Below are positions 15,621 through 21,240 of a stretch of 21,240 bases of DNA, piece after piece. The position numbers and the translations under genes are program-made. Position 1 is the stretch's first letter, and each line of letters begins with the position of its first letter. The DNA is from Chthoniobacteraceae bacterium (GTDB taxonomy: Bacteria; Verrucomicrobiota; Verrucomicrobiia; Chthoniobacterales; Chthoniobacteraceae), in contig JANNWY010000126.1 in NCBI GenBank assembly GCA_031409335.1, positions 1 through 21,240 of the forward strand. The letters run 5' to 3'. The notes beneath the pieces are model-generated. The model saw nothing but the letters and a program-made list of their open reading frames with translations. It did no database searches and was not told the origin of the DNA.

Positions 15621-18266
15621 TCAACGCCGAACGACGATCAGCCAGTCCTCGCCCGCGTCGGCGGGGGGATTGCCGAGCGCGACGGTCCCGCCACCTTCAA
15701 TGGATTTTATGGAGCCGTTCGAGAGTTTGCCGCCTTCGCGTGGATTGAACCACTTCACGGTGAACGTGCCCTTGGCGGCAGAGAGGTCGAGTTCGCTCGT
15801 GCCGCCGCTGGGGAAGTACACAAGGTAAAGCTCACCTGTTTTGGCGAAGCAGAACTTCGAGTTGTCGTCCTTCGTATTGCCGATGAGTGCGTTGCTGCTG
15901 GTCATCTCGGCGAACGGGATTTTTTCATCGCGGAAAAAGTTCAGCGCGATGCGGCAGTAGTCCCACGATTTGTCGCGACTGCGGAAGTCCTGGCAGATGA
16001 GATCATTCTCAGAAAGTTGATAGCCGAAGTAGTATTCCACGCCCGCGCCGCCCGCCATGAGGCTGCCCCAGAGCGTGAGCTTGCGGACGTCGTGCATCGT
16101 GTAGGGCTTCGACGCGGTGTAGCCCTCGCCAGCCGGGCCTTTGGGATTCTTCTCTGCGGCGATGCCGTCGTGGCCCTTGTAACCGATGTCAGGCGGGACG
16201 CCGAGACTGGCGGAGTTTTGCTCATCATTCGCGACGACCCATGGGCGGCCCGCTTTGGCGGATTCACGCAGCCAAAGCAGCGTCTTCTGGTGGGCCGCTT
16301 TCCATGAGTTCTGCAACGACACTCCTGTGAGCAGTGACTTATCACCCAGCAGCGGCTGATACACCTTCTCCTGCTCCGGCGGGAAGGTGTGGAGGACGAT
16401 GTTGTGCTGATACGGATCGGTGTCGTGGAGAAATTTCACCATGTCGCGGACCTCGTCGCTGCTCTGCGTGTTCTCCTCGCCGATGTTCCAGTTGAGCGCG
16501 AGCGCGTGGCCGAAGCGCGCGATGAGCTCGCGGCAATACAGCTTGCGCTCGATGCCGAGTTTGCCGCCGTCGAGAGCCTCTGGCAGTTTGCCAGGCTTGC
16601 GACCCATGCCGAGGCGTTCGTCGTCGGATTCATTCTCCTGGAGTTTGAAATGCAGATAGAGACCGAGCGCAGTGGCGTGATCAAACACCACGCCCCACTG
16701 GTCCAGCTTCGAGCAGTCGTAGTGCAGCTTGTCGTCGCGCTCGATGAACGGCCACACGTTGTCGCCGTCGCCCGCCGCGTTGTAGGTGAGGAAAGAGAAC
16801 GCGTTCACGCCTTTGCCCGCGAGGTAGTTCAGCGCACCGATGAGTCCCTTGCCTTTGCCATCGCGCCAAGTCGGGTCGCCCGCCTTCCAATCTCCGATGT
16901 GCGGCTCCCAAGTCTTCAGCGGCACTTTGTCAGCCTTGCCCGCGACGGTGTTGTCGAAGTCGGCATACGCCAGCATGGTCTCCGGCGAGTCGGGACCGGC
17001 TTTGAGGAAGAACTCCTTCGAGCCAGCAAACTGGAGATGATGCTTGCCGACGTATTGCAGGCGTCCATGCGCGCGGAAATCGCGCCCCGCCTTGTCGCTC
17101 GCAGCCACGGTGAACTCCCCGCGCTTGCCATTCAGCGAGGCCACGGGATGCGCCTCTTCCTCGCCTTGGAGCCCTACGGCGAGGTTCTTGCCGCGCCACA
17201 TCTCCGCCGCCCAAGTCCAACGCCCCGGCTTATTCGGCGAAAGATGCGCCCGCCACTTCGTGCCCGATTCGACGGAGCTGTTGCCCGCATTTCCATCCGC
17301 TGCAAAGTAGCCCGGGACAACGTATCGCGGCGCACCGCTCTCGTGCGTGAAGGTGACGTTCAGCCGGATGTCCGTGAACGGATTCGGCTGCGTGTCCCGC
17401 TCATGCACGAACGGTCCGTTGAACGTCAGCGTGACCTTGTGCCACTGCTTCAACTCGCCGCTCACCATCGCTGTGCCATCGCCGTCCGGCTGACGCGGCA
17501 CTGCGGGCGGCGCAGCCTTTGCCACCACCGCCGCGACCGCTGAAAATGGCGTGGGCGCGGCACCGCTCGGCACTTTCACCGGCGGACCGTGGCCCTCGGG
17601 TTTGAACTCGGCGCGGCGGGCGAGCACGAGTTTATCCAATTCAAAACCATCCTCGCGCATCGCCACCGCGACCTCGTGCGCGCCGGGTTTTTCGATGTCG
17701 AGCCAGAGCTGCATCGGCACGCCCGTGTGGACCTCCGCCGTGCGCTGACGGCAGTCCCACGACCACTGATTTTTCTGTGTCGTCTGCCATCGCTGGCCGC
17801 TCGCGGGCCACGCGCCATCGAGTCCGATGTGAAGACCATTGTCCTCCGTGCCGGTCGAAAACGCCCGCGCCCACACGAAGTATCGCCCCGGCGTGGCGAC
17901 GTGGATTTTGTAATGCAGCACCGCCAGCTCGCCCGGCGTGTCCGTGAAATTTTCGCCCTTGATGAGCTTGTCGTCGTGCGTCGCCCGCGTGTCCGGCAGC
18001 GCCTCGACATACGCCCCGCCGCTCGCGCCCGCGAGATGCGCCGCGTCCGAGTCCGGTTTCGCGTCCGGCGAGTGCTTTGGCGAGGCGATGTGCCACGCGC
18101 GTTTGTCGGTGAGGGTCTGTTTGAAAAAATGCTCCGCCTCGACTGCGACGACGCCGTCCACTTCGTCGAAGACGAGGTCAGGCGCGGCGATGGGTTTCGT
18201 GAGGTCTGCGGCGATGCCGGCGAAAGTGCCGGCGAGCAGCAGGAGTGAGGTGATGGTTGTTTGCAT
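15621..18266 (-). CDS. Secreted DUF5060-domain putative glycoside hydrolase (N-terminal CBM-like jelly-roll, DUF5060, TIM-barrel-like region, C-terminal putative collagen-binding beta domain)
   Basis: VAVEAEHF...[14 protein letters not shown]-domain; Ala/Pro linker; WHKVTLTF...NPF...VPGYFAADG...WRAHLSP (DUF5060-like); NWNIGEEN and ANDEQ candidate catalytic Glu motifs; VKWFNPREG...DWL C-domain. Start placed at ATG 18266 ([13 protein letters not shown]); ~881 aa. Confidence 0.8.
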   Translation of the reverse strand: MQTTITSLLLLAGTFAGIAADLTKPIAAPDLVFDEVDGVVAVEAEHFFKQTLTDKRAWHIASPKHSPDAKPDSDAAHLAGASGGAYVEALPDTRATHDDKLIKGENFTDTPGELAVLHYKIHVATPGRYFVWARAFSTGTEDNGLHIGLDGAWPASGQRWQTTQKNQWSWDCRQRTAEVHTGVPMQLWLDIEKPGAHEVAVAMREDGFELDKLVLARRAEFKPEGHGPPVKVPSGAAPTPFSAVAAVVAKAAPPAVPRQPDGDGTAMVSGELKQWHKVTLTFNGPFVHERDTQPNPFTDIRLNVTFTHESGAPRYVVPGYFAADGNAGNSSVESGTKWRAHLSPNKPGRWTWAAEMWRGKNLAVGLQGEEEAHPVASLNGKRGEFTVAASDKAGRDFRAHGRLQYVGKHHLQFAGSKEFFLKAGPDSPETMLAYADFDNTVAGKADKVPLKTWEPHIGDWKAGDPTWRDGKGKGLIGALNYLAGKGVNAFSFLTYNAAGDGDNVWPFIERDDKLHYDCSKLDQWGVVFDHATALGLYLHFKLQENESDDERLGMGRKPGKLPEALDGGKLGIERKLYCRELIARFGHALALNWNIGEENTQSSDEVRDMVKFLHDTDPYQHNIVLHTFPPEQEKVYQPLLGDKSLLTGVSLQNSWKAAHQKTLLWLRESAKAGRPWVVANDEQNSASLGVPPDIGYKGHDGIAAEKNPKGPAGEGYTASKPYTMHDVRKLTLWGSLMAGGAGVEYYFGYQLSENDLICQDFRSRDKSWDYCRIALNFFRDEKIPFAEMTSSNALIGNTKDDNSKFCFAKTGELYLVYFPSGGTSELDLSAAKGTFTVKWFNPREGGKLSNGSIKSIEGGGTVALGNPPADAGEDWLIVVRR

Positions 18267-18268
18267 GA

Positions 18269-19684
18269 TTACGGATTGGTTCTGATGGTGAGTTTGGAAA
18301 CGGCTTCGCTGAGCGCGTGCGGGCCGCCGACGTTGCCGGGGAAAACGACGTAGTTGAGCGCGGGAAATTTTGCCTCCGCGCCGAGGCACCAGACAGGAAT
18401 GCCAGGCAACAACTGCCCCGCGACGACCGCGCGCTTCACGCCAAGTCCGCGCGTGGCGAGGTCGCTGGACGTGATGCCGCCTTTGGCGATGAGGTAGCGC
18501 GGACGCACCGCGAGTCGCTGCACGATCTCCACGAGCGCCGCTGAGACGCTGTTGCCAATTTGCAGATTGCGCGCGGCATCTTCGCCCGTGACGAGATCGC
18601 GACTGGTGTAGAGCACGACATCTTGTCCCGCGCGAAGTGCGGCGCGGATGCCCTCCAGAGCTTGTTCGATGGACTCGCCGCGTTCATTTTCGGCGAGCAA
18701 AGAAGACACGCGAAGCTCGATGCGGTCGGTCGTGGTGTTCGCCAGGAGGTGCGACAATTGTTCCGTTGTTTTCGGCACATAGCTGCCCACGACGATCAGC
18801 CCGCCGCCGGCACCTCCGGCCTTCATCTCCCCGGCGTCGAGCAATGGCCGTGCCTCCAGACCAAGGCGGGCCGCCACGATCTGCGCGGCGCTGCGGAGCA
18901 GGTAACGGCGGCCTTCGGACTCGGCCATGAGCAGGCCGAGCGCGAACACATCCATGTCTGAAAGAGCGGCGGCATTGACGATGCACACCCTGTCTTTTGC
19001 GAGGCTCATCAATTGAGCGCACACCGCGTCTGCGCCGCCCGTGCGGATGGTTTCGAGCGACACGGAAGCCACGTCGGGAGCCTGCACGTGGCCATTGGTT
19101 TTCTCCTGCACCCACTCGCGGAGATTCGAGCTGCGGTAGCCAAACACGGCGTCCCTGGCAAAAGGCGTGTCGGCGGCGGGCGTGAGTTTGTCGCCCTCGG
19201 CGACATAGTGAACATCGCGGATCGTGTAGCGACCACCGGCCTCGAAGTAAGGAATGATCAGCGTGGCATCAAAGGGGCCGAGTTCGGCGGTCAGCACGTC
19301 AGTCTCCAGCGGGAAGTGTCCGCGCAAGGTCGAGTCGCTGCGGCTGACGACGGTGAAAGGTTTCCCGCCCGCTGCTGCGCGCAGATTGGTCGCGATCTCG
19401 TGGTTCAGCATTTTCGCATTGGCTGCGACGAGGCTGCGCGAGTTGGTGAGAATGTAAAAGCAGGCGCATGACTCGCCGAACTCCGCTCGAAGCGTCGCCA
19501 CGTCCCAACTCGTGAGCACCGGCACTTCATGCACGGTCTGTGTGCCCGTGGGATCATCGTCGAGCACGACGAGCTTGTGCTCGGGACGCTCTGCAAGCAG
19601 CTCGCGGATGCGCGGCTTCACATCCTGCTGCCAAACGGGTGGCAGCGAGGCGAAGACTTCGGCTTTGGAAAGCGGCACGTCCAT
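18269..19684 (-). CDS. Four-carbon acid-sugar kinase family protein (DUF1537; OtnK/DtnK/OiaK-like)
   Basis: Motifs [50 protein letters not shown] and FPGNVG. Confidence 0.92.
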   Translation of the reverse strand: MDVPLSKAEVFASLPPVWQQDVKPRIRELLAERPEHKLVVLDDDPTGTQTVHEVPVLTSWDVATLRAEFGESCACFYILTNSRSLVAANAKMLNHEIATNLRAAAGGKPFTVVSRSDSTLRGHFPLETDVLTAELGPFDATLIIPYFEAGGRYTIRDVHYVAEGDKLTPAADTPFARDAVFGYRSSNLREWVQEKTNGHVQAPDVASVSLETIRTGGADAVCAQLMSLAKDRVCIVNAAALSDMDVFALGLLMAESEGRRYLLRSAAQIVAARLGLEARPLLDAGEMKAGGAGGGLIVVGSYVPKTTEQLSHLLANTTTDRIELRVSSLLAENERGESIEQALEGIRAALRAGQDVVLYTSRDLVTGEDAARNLQIGNSVSAALVEIVQRLAVRPRYLIAKGGITSSDLATRGLGVKRAVVAGQLLPGIPVWCLGAEAKFPALNYVVFPGNVGGPHALSEAVSKLTIRTNP

Positions 19685-20074
19685 TTACTTCCCGGTGACT
19701 TCCACCTGCACGTTTTGGGTCGCTGCTTTGTCGAAAAACAACGCTCGCTTGCCCTGCGTTCCTTGGTGCGGCGTTGAGCCCGTCGGCACGGGAGCGTCCG
19801 CCATTGCTTCTCCCACATCGTCCACCTTGAGGCAGAAGTGATGCAATCCGGGACCGTTCTTCGCGAGCCATGCTTGCAGCGGATGATCGGGCGTGAGCGG
19901 CTCGACGAGTTGCAGGTGAGCATTGCCCATGTCGAGATGCGTGAGCCGCACAGTGCCGCCGTTCACGACCTCGCTGTAGAGCAGCGGAAAGCCCAGCGTG
20001 TCGCGCCACACTTTCAGCGCGGCTTCGGTGTCCGGCACCGCGATGGCGAGGTGATCGAGTCCCTGGTGTTTCAT
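19685..20074 (-). CDS. VOC/glyoxalase family protein (methylmalonyl-CoA epimerase-like)
   Basis: MKHQGLDHLAIAVPD...LQLVEPL...WLAKNGPGLHHFCLKVDD...QVEVT. Start placed at ATG 20074 (ATGA overlap with the upstream stop); 129 aa. Confidence 0.9.
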   Translation of the reverse strand: MKHQGLDHLAIAVPDTEAALKVWRDTLGFPLLYSEVVNGGTVRLTHLDMGNAHLQLVEPLTPDHPLQAWLAKNGPGLHHFCLKVDDVGEAMADAPVPTGSTPHQGTQGKRALFFDKAATQNVQVEVTGK

Positions 20075-21051
20075 GCGTTGGCGATTCGGTAAGCTTCTTC
20101 GCCGAGTGCGGCGGTGCGGAGATAGATGCGGCCTTCGCTTTCCGCAGGCTGTCCCGTGCGGAGGCTGCTGAGGAGGTGCTGCTGTGTGGCGAACACGCTG
20201 TCGCCCTTGTAGCCGAGCGTGGTCGGCGTGAAATCGAGACGCTGGTCGTTGAGAAACAGTTCTCCCTCGGGCGTGATGTGCAGCGTGCCGCTCTCGCCTT
20301 CGACAATCATGCTGCCCATCGCCACGGGTGATGGCACGGGGCCGGTGTGACGGTCGCCGTGGATAAAGCCGGTGGCTCCAGTGGCAAACTGCATGCGCAG
20401 CTCGGCCCAGTCTTCTCCAGCGATGACGGGATTCACGCGTCGCGTCTCGCAGGCGGTGATTTTCAACTCTCCCGCGAGGCAGCGGAAGGTGTCCAGAATA
20501 TGCACGAGGCTCTCGTAGATGATGAGGCGCGGCATCTCGCGGAAGTAAGGCTGCGCGGCGTAAGGCTGCGGGCCGTTGCCGTCGCCTGTGCGCCAATCAA
20601 AGGACAGATGCCGCAGCGCGCCGATGGCTCCGCTTTCAATCAAAGGCAGCGCCTCGCGATACCACGGTTGCCAGCGCCAGTTTTCGTGAATGAGCAGCCG
20701 CACTGCCGCCGTCTCGCAGGCTTCGCACAAGGCGATGCTCTCCGCCATCGTCGGTGCCATCGGTTTCTGGCAGATGACGTGCGCCCGGTGCTGCGCCGCG
20801 AGCTTTGCCAGCGCAAGATGCGTATCGGGCCGCGTGACGATGTCCACGAAGTCCGGCTTCTCCGCGTCGAGCATGGCCTCAACCGACTCGTAGGCGCGAG
20901 CGATGCCGAACTTGGCGGCGAACTCGCGGGCCTTGCCCGCCGTGGAATCCGCGATGGCAACCAACTCGACGTCGGCCATGCGCCTCCACGCCTCGGCTTG
21001 AAACTGCGCGAAGAACCCCGCGCCAATCATGACTGCACGCATTGTCTTCAC
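20071..21051 (-). CDS. Gfo/Idh/MocA NAD(P)-dependent sugar dehydrogenase
   Basis: Rossmann motif IGAGFFA, plus ICQKPMA, HENWRWQP, QPYF and VHILD. The GTG start overlaps the upstream TGA. Confidence 0.93.
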   Translation of the reverse strand: MKTMRAVMIGAGFFAQFQAEAWRRMADVELVAIADSTAGKAREFAAKFGIARAYESVEAMLDAEKPDFVDIVTRPDTHLALAKLAAQHRAHVICQKPMAPTMAESIALCEACETAAVRLLIHENWRWQPWYREALPLIESGAIGALRHLSFDWRTGDGNGPQPYAAQPYFREMPRLIIYESLVHILDTFRCLAGELKITACETRRVNPVIAGEDWAELRMQFATGATGFIHGDRHTGPVPSPVAMGSMIVEGESGTLHITPEGELFLNDQRLDFTPTTLGYKGDSVFATQQHLLSSLRTGQPAESEGRIYLRTAALGEEAYRIANA

Positions 21052-21240
21052 ACTGTCACCTCCATTTTTCGCGATGAATTCGCCAGCAACCAGCAGACAA
21101 TGGCCACGACGCTGAGCGCTGCCGCCGTGTAGAAGAATGCCACGTTGCCGCGCGACGTTTCCGGCAGATAGGCGAAGGCCAGCGCCGTGATGGCCGCGCC
21201 GAGATTGCCCGCCATGTTCATCGTGCCGCTCACGGCGCCG
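21048..21240 (-). CDS. MFS transporter C-terminus (sugar-acid/ACS-like), 5' end outside window
   Basis: GAVSGTMNMAGNLGAAITALAFAYL...AFFYTAAALSVVAIVCWLL is typical of the last two TM helices of MFS anion:cation symporters. The frame is open to the window edge. Confidence 0.8.
   Translation of the reverse strand, partial: GAVSGTMNMAGNLGAAITALAFAYLPETSRGNVAFFYTAAALSVVAIVCWLLANSSRKMEVTV

Noticed and set aside
14184..16307. 707-aa plus-strand ORF and other long plus-strand ORFs (2409-3737, 8107-8985, 9657-10787, 12502-13545, 16389-17543)
   Set aside because: They are antisense shadows of well-supported minus-strand genes in GC-rich DNA and show no recognisable motifs.
5988..20596. Upstream extensions given in the ORF track (starts 6098, 9111, 12691, 18389, 20596)
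   Set aside because: Each overlaps a neighbouring gene or the pseudogene and precedes a better start with a signal peptide, Tat motif or stop/start overlap (5987, 9003, 12514, 18266, 20074).

Overview
Every credible gene in this GC-rich window is on the minus strand. The gene families (DUF1592/DUF1552 pair, Rhodopirellula/Verrucomicrobium-type ECF sigma factor with anti-sigma, several sulfatases, Tat-exported PhoD-like enzymes) suggest a PVC-superphylum bacterium, probably Verrucomicrobiota (inference). In transcription order (right to left) the genes are: MFS transporter (partial), Gfo/Idh/MocA dehydrogenase, VOC enzyme, DUF1537 four-carbon acid-sugar kinase, DUF5060 glycosidase-like protein, Tat PhoD-like protein, secreted lactonase, two sulfatases, a decayed sulfatase remnant, a second PhoD, ECF sigma and anti-sigma, DUF1552, a double-domain GxxExxY (PD-(D/E)XK-like) protein, DUF1592 cytochrome and a third sulfatase (partial). 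The most striking signal is a ~71-75 bp palindromic element (arm consensus GCCGGCAAAAAGATGGGCGGTAAAA) present three times. Two copies tightly bracket the GxxExxY gene, and their inner arms form 33-bp inverted repeats (31/33 identical), giving a REPIN/RAYT-like layout with a different enzyme family. Two copies lie in frame at the 5' ends of unrelated secreted-protein genes and encode near-identical predicted signal peptides (MCGK[K/R]WGLxxxxxFTAHLFA).
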